Shown piece by piece: positions 38,656 to 48,558 of a DNA stretch of 64,000 nucleotides. The stretch's first letter is position 1, and each line of letters opens with the position of its first letter. The position numbers and the translations under genes are program-made. The notes under the pieces were generated by a model that worked only from the letters and a program-made list of their open reading frames with translations, made no database searches and was not told the origin of the DNA. The DNA is from a virus, in IMG/VR virus record IMGVR_UViG_3300049491_000418, positions 32,001-96,000 of that record. The stretch is one strand, 5' to 3'.

Positions 38656-39167
38656 ACACCACTACTTCCGTAACCACCAGCACCTCTCTCAGTAGTAGAA
38701 AGTTCATCAACCTCTTCCCACTCAATAGTAGGTCTAGGAACTATAATGATTTGACCAATTCTATCTCCAACGTTGTAAACAGATACCTGATCTGTATCTT
38801 CAATGGTTTCTTTACCAAAGCAGACAAAATCAAAATAATCTGTTTCTACACCTTCTGCTAGAGTTTCAAAATCTGCAGCAAAGTAACCAGATGGTTTAAA
38901 TTTTAGAAATATCTCTCCTCTATATCCAGGATCAATTACTCCTATAGAATTAGACAAGATTAAATCTTTTTTAGCATTGCTGCTTCTAGGGAAGATAAGA
39001 CCCATATAGTCTTTAGGAATTTCCATAGCTAACCCTGTTCCATACACTACATTACCATCTGCATCAAACTTCTTAGAAATTGCTACTATATCCATTCCAG
39101 AATCATCAGCTTTCATGTACTTAGGAATACATGCTTCAGGAACTAATTTTTTGATTTTTACTCTCAT
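38652..39167 (-). CDS. dut: Trimeric dUTPase
   Basis: SGMD, PRSS, GVIDPGYRGEI, GDRIGQ and RGAGGYGSSG. Confidence 0.95.
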   Translation of the reverse strand: MRVKIKKLVPEACIPKYMKADDSGMDIVAISKKFDADGNVVYGTGLAMEIPKDYMGLIFPRSSNAKKDLILSNSIGVIDPGYRGEIFLKFKPSGYFAADFETLAEGVETDYFDFVCFGKETIEDTDQVSVYNVGDRIGQIIIVPRPTIEWEEVDELSTTERGAGGYGSSGV

Positions 39168-40135
39168 TTTCTTTTGGCTTTTAATTGGGTTAATACTTCT
39201 TTTTCTACTGCAAGTAGCTCTTCAATATTTTCTTCAAGATAATCTTTCATCTTGTCTGCACCTTGACATTTAAACTCTTTATATGAATACCAGGAAGCTG
39301 CTTTCTTTACAATATCAAATTCAATAGCATACTCTAGTATTTCACCAAGTTTATCAATACCATGTCCCCAATCAATAGCAAATTTAGCTTGTCCAAATGG
39401 AGAAGATAGTTTATTCTTAATTACATCTACAGTAGTTTTATTGAGTTCATTTTCCTTATCATTCATCTTCCAGATTTTCCATCTCACATCTGCATAAAAC
39501 TTAATAGCCTTTCCTCCAGTAGTAATAGTTGATTCTCCCATAGAACCTATTGCATCTCTTAACTGTGATATTACAAATAATGTACAGTTATGGATATCCA
39601 ACAGTCCTTTGATTTTCATACAGAACTTACTATTGTTCCTTGCTTGTAAAGCAATAGTGGAATCTCCCATCTCTCCTTGTAAAACAGCCTTAGGCATTGC
39701 AGCTGATTGACTATCTATAACTATACAGGATACAATATCCTTTTCTACAAGAGCTATAGCCATATCAAATCCTTCTTCCTGAGTCTCTGGTTGATAAATA
39801 AGAAGATTAGTTACATCTACACCAAGAGCTAAAGCATACTTCTTATCAAAGCTATGTTCATAATCAAATAGAGCTACTCTCTTTTCAGGAAATGCTTTTT
39901 GATACTCAGCTATTTGATGCAATGTAAGTGTAGATTTTCCACAGGATTCTGGTCCAAAAAGCTCTATAAATTTACCTACAGCTGTTCCTCCTGTACCCAT
40001 GGCTTGGTTTAATTGCAGACTTCCTGTAGATACTATGGTTAGCTCTTCAGGGGTTAATCTTCCTAAACCATACTTTTTTTCAAGTGTGGCTATCATTACA
40101 TCCATATCTGTTTTCTCTACTTTTTTTGCTCCCAT
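39164..40135 (-). CDS. recA: RecA/UvsX recombinase
   Basis: STGSLQLN, ELFGPESCGKST, IVIDS, LQAR, GGKAIKFYA and VIKNKLSSPF. Confidence 0.93.
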   Translation of the reverse strand: MGAKKVEKTDMDVMIATLEKKYGLGRLTPEELTIVSTGSLQLNQAMGTGGTAVGKFIELFGPESCGKSTLTLHQIAEYQKAFPEKRVALFDYEHSFDKKYALALGVDVTNLLIYQPETQEEGFDMAIALVEKDIVSCIVIDSQSAAMPKAVLQGEMGDSTIALQARNNSKFCMKIKGLLDIHNCTLFVISQLRDAIGSMGESTITTGGKAIKFYADVRWKIWKMNDKENELNKTTVDVIKNKLSSPFGQAKFAIDWGHGIDKLGEILEYAIEFDIVKKAASWYSYKEFKCQGADKMKDYLEENIEELLAVEKEVLTQLKAKRK

Positions 40136-40371
40136 AATCTTTCTTTAATTTGTTTTTCTATTATCATTTCATCTTCAAAAACATATCTATATTTAGGATC
40201 TTTATATTGTTCCTCTACAAAAAAGTTCATTTTCTTTAATATTCTAAAGAAATTAGTGTCTTTGGTTTCAACAGCTAAAATAAAATGGCTTTCTGAATAA
40301 CCACATACTACTCCCTGATACTTGTCATGTATAACAACAGTACCTTTTAGATTCTCATATATTTCTTCCAT
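40117..40371 (-). CDS. Hypothetical protein
   Basis: 84-aa ORF within the operon. Confidence 0.65.
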   Translation of the reverse strand: MEEIYENLKGTVVIHDKYQGVVCGYSESHFILAVETKDTNFFRILKKMNFFVEEQYKDPKYRYVFEDEMIIEKQIKERLWEQKK

Positions 40372-40373
40372 AA

Positions 40374-40925
40374 TTAAACAAATGTTTCTAATTTTACAGT
40401 ATTTAATACTTCTCTTTCTTTTTCATAAGCTTGCCAGACTTCCTGATCAGCACTCAGTCTTATTCCCATTTTATCTTCCCAAAAATCTACTAAATCTTTA
40501 GTTTTATTAAAGATTCTAAATTGTAGAGATACTTCTTCAGAAACAACACCTGCTCTGAAAATTTTAATAGTTTTATTGTAAATGGATTGAAAAGCTTTAG
40601 AAGTTTTAGAATACTTACCTTTTCTGATCAAATTAAAATCATTGATATATTTTGTGTCTAATTTATAAACAACAACAACAAATCCCTTACCATAATCATA
40701 ATCTTCAATAATATTGGTTGTTCTTTCATATTCCTCATCCAGAAAAGCTCTAAACGTTCTGAAATCTGTTGGTTTAAATAGTAAATAAACACAATTAGGA
40801 TACTGAACATCATGTCCCTCATCATATTCATAACTATTGATAAAACCATTCTCTGTTAACCTTTCCCTAGGAATCTTTAAGGTTGGTAGCATGAAAATTG
40901 TAGAAATTGTTTTTTTAAGTTCCAT
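40374..40925 (-). CDS. Conserved crAss-like hypothetical protein
   Basis: 183-aa ORF (GKYSKTS motif) next to the exonuclease. Confidence 0.7.
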   Translation of the reverse strand: MELKKTISTIFMLPTLKIPRERLTENGFINSYEYDEGHDVQYPNCVYLLFKPTDFRTFRAFLDEEYERTTNIIEDYDYGKGFVVVVYKLDTKYINDFNLIRKGKYSKTSKAFQSIYNKTIKIFRAGVVSEEVSLQFRIFNKTKDLVDFWEDKMGIRLSADQEVWQAYEKEREVLNTVKLETFV

Positions 40926-41982
40926 TTTGTTTAATGTTTACAAGTCCTTTATTTTCATAGTTAGTTCTGCTGATATTCCAAATATCATTCTCCTGTGCCC
41001 AAGTTAGATCTTCAATAAGATTTTTTACACCTGGGTATGTTTTATCATTCCAAGTAAATCCAAAGTAAGCATCTGCTATATCCTGAGTATCCATTGTATA
41101 TATTAGTGGACTATAATAATTTATACTATCACAGACAATAAATTGAGGAAATACAGCATTATATCCAAATAAAATACTATCCTCTTGTTGTGTAAGATAG
41201 TTTACTGCTCTAAAATATAATAGACCTTGAATATAAGCTCTTCTATACAAATAATAATCATTATAGAAATTCTCAACAGACCATACACACTTTAAATCAT
41301 AGATATAAGCTTTGTTTTCTACTTTGTCAAGTATAACCTTATCAAGCATGGATTTGAATTCATGTCCATCAACAAAATAACCATCAATCTGGAATTGATT
41401 CAGTACAGTATATCTTTCATCAGAAACTCTATTAATAATATCTCTGGTAAATTCATTATTCTGTAACTCCTCAACAATTTTCTCAGCATTGGTAACATCC
41501 TGGGCTGTTATTACTATGAGTTTCTTACGTCTAACTTCTCTGATTTCTCTATAGTAAATCTCAGCACTGCTTCCTAGGAATTTAGATAGAACATTTTCTT
41601 TGGAGATTTTAAATCCTGAAGCCTTATAAGCTTCTTCAACCATTTCCTCCATTGGTCTTGCTACAACACCAAATCCATCAGCAGCAGCATCAGTAATCTT
41701 ATACAATGCTTCTACAAATTCTAACATGAGTCCTGTGGGTATTGATACCGTGGAAGACATGTAGAACCTGTTGTCAAACTCCTCTGGCTCAAGAAGTAAT
41801 GTCTCTACCAGTTTACCCATATTAGTGGCAAGATTATCTTTCTCTTCCACTGTTTCTCTAAGATAATGCTTTTTGTAATACTTTCTTCTGTCCATTGAAA
41901 AGTCTTTCAAACTGGAAGAAGAGTCTTTTTCAATAGCTCTATACTTAGCTTCTTCTTTGGTTTTGTTTACACCTTTAATCAT
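40915..41982 (-). CDS. PD-(D/E)xK exonuclease (RecE/ExoVIII-like)
   Basis: SSSSLK, G..VETLLLEP, KSMLDKV...IYDLK and YIQGLLY. Start placed at 41982. Confidence 0.75.
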   Translation of the reverse strand: MIKGVNKTKEEAKYRAIEKDSSSSLKDFSMDRRKYYKKHYLRETVEEKDNLATNMGKLVETLLLEPEEFDNRFYMSSTVSIPTGLMLEFVEALYKITDAAADGFGVVARPMEEMVEEAYKASGFKISKENVLSKFLGSSAEIYYREIREVRRKKLIVITAQDVTNAEKIVEELQNNEFTRDIINRVSDERYTVLNQFQIDGYFVDGHEFKSMLDKVILDKVENKAYIYDLKCVWSVENFYNDYYLYRRAYIQGLLYFRAVNYLTQQEDSILFGYNAVFPQFIVCDSINYYSPLIYTMDTQDIADAYFGFTWNDKTYPGVKNLIEDLTWAQENDIWNISRTNYENKGLVNIKQNGT

Positions 41983-42232
41983 CTTCAGTTTTGTTAGGTA
42001 CCCATTTATAATTATGTAATCTATAATCATCTCCTCCTTTTTTATCTTTAAACCAAGGAGAAGTAAAAACTACATTATTTGCTAGACTATTAGGGCTAAT
42101 GGTCATAAAATCATCTCCATATTGGACAATAAGGTCCTCCCCTTTTTGAATACATTCATTAACTATAGCTTCACTTATAGAAGCAAATAGTTTACCATTT
42201 ATATTAGTTATTTTTTGGATTAGAAATTTCAT
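41975..42232 (-). CDS. Hypothetical protein
   Basis: 85-aa ORF. Confidence 0.65.
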   Translation of the reverse strand: MKFLIQKITNINGKLFASISEAIVNECIQKGEDLIVQYGDDFMTISPNSLANNVVFTSPWFKDKKGGDDYRLHNYKWVPNKTEDD

Positions 42233-42243
42233 CTTTTTTAGTT

Positions 42244-42726
42244 TTAAATATTAAGTAATTTACAAATAGTTCTAAAAGTATTAATGTCTTTACATTCTCC
42301 TCTAAATGTAGGAGCACTATAATAATCTTCAACTAAAGAGGGATCTTTGATTAAAAGTGCTATCTGATTAGTATTAAAATACCAACCTAACATATAATTT
42401 TTATCTTCTCTAAAAAAAACATAATTCATTTTTTCTAAAGAAATTTTATTATCATACTCTGTTATAAAAGAAGTCCAACCTTCTCCTTCTATTTGTTCCT
42501 TAGTAAGATAAGGAACTCTAATAGGTTGATAACCATCATCCATTCCTATTAGAATGTCTTCAATTTCAGAAGTATATGCACCATCTTCTTCTTGAAGTTT
42601 TATCTTAATAGGAATCCAGTTATCTTTACCTAGATTGAAGGTTTCAAATCCATAATTATCACAATACTCACATTCATAACCAATATGAATATCCTCTTTA
42701 TCTGGTATAAAATATTTACTTTCCAT
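42244..42726 (-). CDS. Hypothetical protein
   Basis: 160-aa ORF. Confidence 0.7.
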   Translation of the reverse strand: MESKYFIPDKEDIHIGYECEYCDNYGFETFNLGKDNWIPIKIKLQEEDGAYTSEIEDILIGMDDGYQPIRVPYLTKEQIEGEGWTSFITEYDNKISLEKMNYVFFREDKNYMLGWYFNTNQIALLIKDPSLVEDYYSAPTFRGECKDINTFRTICKLLNI

Positions 42727-43120
42727 CTCTAGTGTTCTTGTTATCTATTAAACTCTTATCCTTATGACAGTCTTTACAAATACACTGAAGATTATCTACT
42801 TCACAAAATAGAGATTCTACAAAGTTAGGAAGATCCTGTGCATTATTTAAAGACCCAACAGGTTTTATGTGATCAACATCAATCTCAGTTCCTTTAAACC
42901 ATTTTTTACAGACATTACATTGGTATTCCCATTTCTGTCTAGTATTAGGACCTTTATAGGCACGTTTAGCTTTATCCCTACATAAGCTTATAGGTTTCCA
43001 TACTATACTCCGTCTTCTCAGTGAATTTCTAATAAACATCCAAAAGGATGATTCTGAGAATGTACCAGCATTTCTACTTTTAACTACTTTGCTTGCTCTC
43101 TTATATGCTCTCTTTTTCAT
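42716..43120 (-). CDS. HNH endonuclease
   Basis: CNVC, VDHIKP and NLQCICKDCH..K. Confidence 0.8.
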   Translation of the reverse strand: MKKRAYKRASKVVKSRNAGTFSESSFWMFIRNSLRRRSIVWKPISLCRDKAKRAYKGPNTRQKWEYQCNVCKKWFKGTEIDVDHIKPVGSLNNAQDLPNFVESLFCEVDNLQCICKDCHKDKSLIDNKNTRDGK

Positions 43121-43129
43121 AATTAAAAG

Positions 43130-43164
43130 GATTAAAAGGACATTAGATTGCTCTAATGTCCTTT
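43130..43164 (-). terminator. Intrinsic terminator after rIIB
   Basis: AAAGGACATTAGA-GCAA-TCTAATGTCCTTTT: 13-bp stem with a GNRA loop. Confidence 0.85.
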
Positions 43165-43172
43165 GTTAGAAA

Positions 43173-44558
43173 TTAGTCAATTATATTAACTCTTTTAGTT
43201 ATTTTATTTTTCATTTCTCCTAGAGAAAGCACAATACTGTTTATCTCAGTAGTAGATATGCTTGGAAGATTGAACTGATATTTAGAAGCTTCAGCTGTAA
43301 ATCCTTCTTTTACTTTTTCAACCAACCCTTCAAGTTCACGGAGAGCATATTCCTCATCCAATTGAAGGAAATCAAAATCATTAGAATTCATTATTGTATT
43401 AGCTTCTGCAACATTGGTTGTCATAAATGGCAAATATTCCCAACATCTACCTTTTTCCCTACCAATACCTACAACTTTCATAGGATTATGGAGAGTGAAT
43501 ACAGTTGTATCACCACACAATACATATGGTGCTGTGTGACCAGCAAAGTGTAATCCAGCTCTAGCACAATCTTGAGTACTCCAATCAGCTTTTTCTTTAG
43601 GCATACTTACCACTTGACCAATTCTAATATCAAAAGTTTTAGTCCAGTTGTCAGTAAATCTGTTTTGAGTCATATTTGGTAAATCCAAGTATAACTGAGT
43701 AAGGTTTCCAAGATTTTTACCTACAAAATCTTTATCTTTATAAAATTGTTTAATTTGAAAACAGTCATCACTTTCTATAACACAGTATTCAGCTGGGTTT
43801 TTCTTCCAAACAGCTTTAACTTTATTATAAGCATTGCTGATAAACTCAACCAAATCACTGTCTCCATTGTTATTGACTACTACTACATTTCTAAGAGCAA
43901 CAAAGAAGCCTTGTTTAGTAATCTTCATACCATTTTGGTGTAAGAAGTTATACAAACTATCAGCAACCTCAGCTCTAGGATTCAAACAACACCACATGAA
44001 GAAGTTTTTCAACCCTACATATTCATCATCTTCATTCAATGATTCTTGAAGATGTTCATTAGATTGACCTACATCATGCATACCAACAATAGCAGCAAAT
44101 TTATCCAATAGCAATGGTGGAATAGTTCTACTAGTTCCTCTTAAATACACACATTTGTTATCTACAGTAAAGTCTTTAAGTTTCTTTAGACTAGAAAATC
44201 CTGTAGCAATTTGTGTTAATTTAGCAGCTTCTTTTTTGGTTTCTGCTATTTCTGCAGCAACCTCCCTATCTTCAATAATAGCCAAAATATCTTCTATAGA
44301 AGAAGCTTTTTGTACTCTAAGATAATCTTGTTCTGTAGCATTAGGTTTGGTGACAATATCACCATCCCTAAGAACCACAGTTAAAGTTTCATTAACAAGC
44401 TTGATAGTTATATATGGTTTTGCTTCTACAGGAGTAATTTTTCCTGTAATTACATGTTCCACAACATTATTAAGTCTGTCTTCTAAAACTTTGTCAATAG
44501 CTTTTTCTGCTCTCTCTTTGAACCATTTCATAGAGAGAAATTTTTCTTTTTTTCCCAT
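43173..44558 (-). CDS. rIIB: rIIB-like protein
   Basis: NP....LYNFL....ITKQGFFVALRNV and TD.WT.TFD.RIGQVVSMP....C..AGLH; lies downstream of rIIA. Confidence 0.8.
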   Translation of the reverse strand: MGKKEKFLSMKWFKERAEKAIDKVLEDRLNNVVEHVITGKITPVEAKPYITIKLVNETLTVVLRDGDIVTKPNATEQDYLRVQKASSIEDILAIIEDREVAAEIAETKKEAAKLTQIATGFSSLKKLKDFTVDNKCVYLRGTSRTIPPLLLDKFAAIVGMHDVGQSNEHLQESLNEDDEYVGLKNFFMWCCLNPRAEVADSLYNFLHQNGMKITKQGFFVALRNVVVVNNNGDSDLVEFISNAYNKVKAVWKKNPAEYCVIESDDCFQIKQFYKDKDFVGKNLGNLTQLYLDLPNMTQNRFTDNWTKTFDIRIGQVVSMPKEKADWSTQDCARAGLHFAGHTAPYVLCGDTTVFTLHNPMKVVGIGREKGRCWEYLPFMTTNVAEANTIMNSNDFDFLQLDEEYALRELEGLVEKVKEGFTAEASKYQFNLPSISTTEINSIVLSLGEMKNKITKRVNIID

Positions 44559-44560
44559 TT

Positions 44561-46882
44561 TTAGTTGTTTAGTGTTAATTGTTCTATTGTTTCTTCCGTG
44601 ATTGGCTCTATAATATCTTCATTAAGAACCAGTTTGTAATTTGTATAATCAATTCTAATTCTATTATACTTAAATAAATCAACAAGTATTTGTAACTGAT
44701 TTGGTTTTAAAGTAGTATTGTAATTAACAGTGATTAATCCCATTACTGTATCTATAAAATTAAAGTTATCAAGTAACTCTTTTACAGCTTTGTATTCAGT
44801 ATAAATAGTTTCATCAAACAGATTGTGTTCTTCTGCTATAGCTACTAAATTTGGATATACTGAACCGTCACCAATACTGGAATAGTTTTTCTTATCATAA
44901 GCTTTTAACATTTCCAAGTGTTCAAATAAGTCCTTACTAACTGTTTGCATAATGTTTACTTTCTGAAACACATTATAATACTTATTGATAAGTTCATGTA
45001 TCAAATGACCTGTTACAAGTCTTTTAACTGGTTTGTTTTTACCTTCCATAAATTTGTCTATTGAAATGAAATTGTGAAAATCAAGAGTTTCTGCTACTTT
45101 ATGTTCTCTTTCTGAAAGAACAAAGTATTTTATCTTTTGATTAGCTGATATAGAATAAAGTTGATCAATCAGTACTTCATCTTTAACCTTTCCATAGACA
45201 TTAAGCTGTTTGGTAGACTCAATATTCTCTACCTTCAGCACATTAGGAACAAGTTTACTATTTTTATTACTGACAAATCTTTGAAGATCTTCTGCCATTC
45301 TACAGTTGATTTCTCCTTGAAGTTTTACTCTTTTGGTTCCACCATTAGTTGTAGATACTCTCTTTTTCTTTCTAGCATCTAGCCAAACTTGTGGAACATT
45401 TATAGTATCTGCATTTTCAAACTTATGAGTAAGCTCAATAATAATCTCCTGGAATTCTTTAATTCTAGCTCTCCAGGTTGCTTTAGGATATTTATAAAGT
45501 TCTAATAAATTTGTATAATTATCATAAGTCTGATTTTTACTCTTATTTCTAAGAGTAAGATTTTTAGATTTTTTAACAAACTTGATAGGATTCCAATCAT
45601 TCAGAGGAAGTAAAGATTTTATATAAGATTTTTTATTCCCAACAAGCAATTCATCATAAATAAATACTCTTTTGTCATTAATTACTTCATTATAACTTAA
45701 ATGATATTGATGACCATTACATTGTCTAAACTTATCTCTAACAAACTCTATATGAGTTCTATACTCATAAAACATATAATCTTTGTTTCTATAAAGATTT
45801 TGAAAATCAGTCAGAACATACTTTTTGTAAGTAGGTTTTATGAATTTGCTTTTGGCAAAACCAACTAACTTACTGGCATCAATATTTTGTCCTGCAATCT
45901 GTACAATTCTGGCTCCATTAGAATAATAAGTAAAGATTTCTTTTATATTTTTACAATCAATATTGTTCTCATTATACTTTTGAACAAAATACTCAGAAAC
46001 CAAGTCTATTTTATCTTTGATGAGTTTTTTAGCTTGAGATGAGTATATTAATTGCTCTCTGTTAGGAGTTGGAAATAAACCATCAGAGAGACCAAATCTC
46101 AAACCTAATGGAAGTGGTATGATAGAAATACCTAATTTTTGGAAATCTAGAGGATAATATACATTATCCAGACAGATATGTACATTATGATCCCCATTCA
46201 ACTCAGAGATTTGAAAGTGCTCTGATCTATGAATTTGGAATTCATTGGTAACTATAGTGTTTTGTACATTTACATCAAAATAAACACTTTCAAAGTAAGC
46301 AAGTTGTTCAGCAATCTTATCTCTGAAATGGTATTTGTCTTGAAATTTAACAGGAACAATAATCTTCACTCCATTTCTTTGATCTGTAGGAGTTTCATAA
46401 AGTAAATCAATAGTATTCACATCCTCACCTTCATACATCATATACTTACGTTCTACTCCATCCTTTCTACAAACAAAATAGAAACTTGAACTATAAGCTA
46501 ATGGAGATTTGAATCCTAGTCCCATCATACCAATTTCAGTAGCACTTTCTCTTTTGGTAGACTTACCATATTTGCTGATGATGTTCTCCACATCATCAGC
46601 ATCAAGGCCAGTTCCAAAATCTTCAACAGAGAATTCATAATTGTTTTGGGAATTCACTTTTAAAGAAACAATAATAGCCTCTGCTACTCCTGCTCTTCTA
46701 TGACTATCTAGTGCATTTGATGCGCACTCTCTTACAGTTGATCCAATAGGATCTGAATAAAGGTTTTTACTTAACATTTGCATAAGTACTTGTGCACTTT
46801 CCATATCTAAGCTCATTCCTATACTACTTTGTGATTGTCCCTCCTCCAATACTTTGTTTAGAATTTGTTTTTCATTTATCAT
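44561..46882 (-). CDS. rIIA: rIIA-like protein (GHKL ATPase N-terminus)
   Basis: LYSDPIGSTVRECASNALDSH, VEDFGTGL, YGKSTKR and GMMGLGFKSPLAY. Confidence 0.85.
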   Translation of the reverse strand: MINEKQILNKVLEEGQSQSSIGMSLDMESAQVLMQMLSKNLYSDPIGSTVRECASNALDSHRRAGVAEAIIVSLKVNSQNNYEFSVEDFGTGLDADDVENIISKYGKSTKRESATEIGMMGLGFKSPLAYSSSFYFVCRKDGVERKYMMYEGEDVNTIDLLYETPTDQRNGVKIIVPVKFQDKYHFRDKIAEQLAYFESVYFDVNVQNTIVTNEFQIHRSEHFQISELNGDHNVHICLDNVYYPLDFQKLGISIIPLPLGLRFGLSDGLFPTPNREQLIYSSQAKKLIKDKIDLVSEYFVQKYNENNIDCKNIKEIFTYYSNGARIVQIAGQNIDASKLVGFAKSKFIKPTYKKYVLTDFQNLYRNKDYMFYEYRTHIEFVRDKFRQCNGHQYHLSYNEVINDKRVFIYDELLVGNKKSYIKSLLPLNDWNPIKFVKKSKNLTLRNKSKNQTYDNYTNLLELYKYPKATWRARIKEFQEIIIELTHKFENADTINVPQVWLDARKKKRVSTTNGGTKRVKLQGEINCRMAEDLQRFVSNKNSKLVPNVLKVENIESTKQLNVYGKVKDEVLIDQLYSISANQKIKYFVLSEREHKVAETLDFHNFISIDKFMEGKNKPVKRLVTGHLIHELINKYYNVFQKVNIMQTVSKDLFEHLEMLKAYDKKNYSSIGDGSVYPNLVAIAEEHNLFDETIYTEYKAVKELLDNFNFIDTVMGLITVNYNTTLKPNQLQILVDLFKYNRIRIDYTNYKLVLNEDIIEPITEETIEQLTLNN

Positions 46883-46915
46883 GGCTTTAAAAAATTTAAT
46901 TTAGTTAATGTTTTT

Positions 46916-47314
46916 TTATTTTGCTGGAAAATTAAGTGTGTGTAATAACTTTCTACCTTCTTGATAACTAATTTCTGTTTCTCCAGCATCTAAGAAGAAC
47001 TCCTCAGGATTAGGAATTTTAAATGCTCTATTAGTAATTTGATCAAATTGAATAATATAATCTTTTGAAAAGGTTTTAAATTCTAATCCATTGCTAAATC
47101 TCTTTTGATACCAAGTATTAACTTTGTTACCTTTTATAAAATCATCATATTGATCTTTAACATATTTAACACCTCTAAAGGATAGGAACTTTAATGAACC
47201 ATATTGTCCAGCTTCTACAAACCAGCCAAATGTCATAGCATTGTTATAAGCTATACCTACAACATCTCCTGTTTTTAATTCTCCTCCGATATTTAATTTA
47301 ATTACTTTCTTCAT
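46916..47314 (-). CDS. Hypothetical protein
   Basis: ORF; start placed at MKKVIK. Confidence 0.65.
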   Translation of the reverse strand: MKKVIKLNIGGELKTGDVVGIAYNNAMTFGWFVEAGQYGSLKFLSFRGVKYVKDQYDDFIKGNKVNTWYQKRFSNGLEFKTFSKDYIIQFDQITNRAFKIPNPEEFFLDAGETEISYQEGRKLLHTLNFPAK

Positions 47315-47489
47315 TTTTCTCTCTTTTTTTAAATTCTTCAATCATTGCTTCTGCCATATCAAAAGCTTGTTTAGCAATTTCTTTTTCCATAAATATGGTA
47401 CCTCCAGAAACAGTTATTAGCCCTGGTAATGATATACCTGCATATAACCTTAATGAATCATTATATTCTTCTTTTTCTTGTTCTGTCAT
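47298..47489 (-). CDS. Small phage protein (AKQAFDMAEAM motif)
   Basis: 63-aa ORF. Confidence 0.65.
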   Translation of the reverse strand: MTEQEKEEYNDSLRLYAGISLPGLITVSGGTIFMEKEIAKQAFDMAEAMIEEFKKREKNEESN

Positions 47490-47514
47490 GTTTTCTAAAT
47501 TTTAATTGTTAATT

Positions 47515-48246
47515 TTAAAAAGGAGGGTCAACAGGTAACCACAGTATAGTTTCTTTATTAGTGTTCCAAATAGCTTTATTAATTTTAGTAAAAACTCCTT
47601 CTGTTTCCCATATTTTACCAGTATATATAGCAGAATCAGGTTGATTTAGCACAAAAGAAGGATTAGTTCTAGCTGTTAATATTCCAAATGCTCCTGCTTG
47701 TGCACCAAGATAAAGAATAGGTACTCCTGTAGAAGAAATCACTTCTGTTAATAAAAATGTTGTAAAAGGATTCCAGATATCTAAATGACTTCCAGGTTTA
47801 TCCTTTTCCACAGTAAGTGCTATATTTAATAGTAACACCCCTTGTGAGCTCAAATAACTTAAATCATAATCATTAATATAATTTAAGTTTAAACCATCAA
47901 ATAATTCTTTCTCAATCCCAGAATAAAAGTTCTGTAAGGTAGGCTGAACTCTAGCTGTTATACTACAATCCATAGCCACACCTGAAGCTACAGGACTTTC
48001 ATTAACAAATTTGAAATAAGGATCTTGACAGACAATAACACACTTCAGTTCTTCTATAGGAGTTTCAATGAAAGCCCTATATGTATTCATAGATGCAGGA
48101 GCAATCTTTTTACCTGCTTGTGCCTGTCCTCTGAGAAAAGAATATACTGGATCCAAACCTCCTTCATCAAAGAAAGGTTTAATCTTGCTAGCCCATGTTC
48201 CAAACAAAGGCTGGAATTTCTTCCAATCAAGCTGGGTCTTTGGCAT
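47515..48246 (-). CDS. ung: Family-1 uracil-DNA glycosylase-like protein, divergent
   Basis: VIVCQDPY, QGVLLLN.ALTV and GSH..W. The HPS motif is replaced by QPD. Confidence 0.8.
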   Translation of the reverse strand: MPKTQLDWKKFQPLFGTWASKIKPFFDEGGLDPVYSFLRGQAQAGKKIAPASMNTYRAFIETPIEELKCVIVCQDPYFKFVNESPVASGVAMDCSITARVQPTLQNFYSGIEKELFDGLNLNYINDYDLSYLSSQGVLLLNIALTVEKDKPGSHLDIWNPFTTFLLTEVISSTGVPILYLGAQAGAFGILTARTNPSFVLNQPDSAIYTGKIWETEGVFTKINKAIWNTNKETILWLPVDPPF

Positions 48247-48409
48247 CTTCTAATATTCTTTTAAGATCTCTTATAATATCAGTATAAACACCTTGCTTAG
48301 CTGCTAATCTAACTTTAGTCAAATTATCATTAGCTTCACTATGCATTTGTTTAAGATAAGCTACTCTTTTTTCATAGCTTTCAATCTCTTCTTGAAGTCT
48401 TTCTCTCAT
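48227..48409 (-). CDS. Hypothetical protein
   Basis: 60-aa ORF. Confidence 0.55.
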   Translation of the reverse strand: MRERLQEEIESYEKRVAYLKQMHSEANDNLTKVRLAAKQGVYTDIIRDLKRILEDAKDPA

Positions 48410-48558
48410 GACTGTGATATTTTAATGTTTGTTCCTAGAAATATCTCTAGTATTGCCTCTAGGTTTTCAATACCTATACACTCCACAAGATCCCCTTCTG
48501 AAGTTTCCAACCATTCAGTATTATCTTGAATAGTTTGTATTAAATCTTCTGTACTCAT
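48406..48558 (-). CDS. 50-aa hypothetical protein not in the track (MSTEDLIQTIQDN...KISQS)
   Basis: Translated by hand; ATGA overlaps at both ends fill the gap exactly. Confidence 0.65.
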   Translation of the reverse strand: MSTEDLIQTIQDNTEWLETSEGDLVECIGIENLEAILEIFLGTNIKISQS

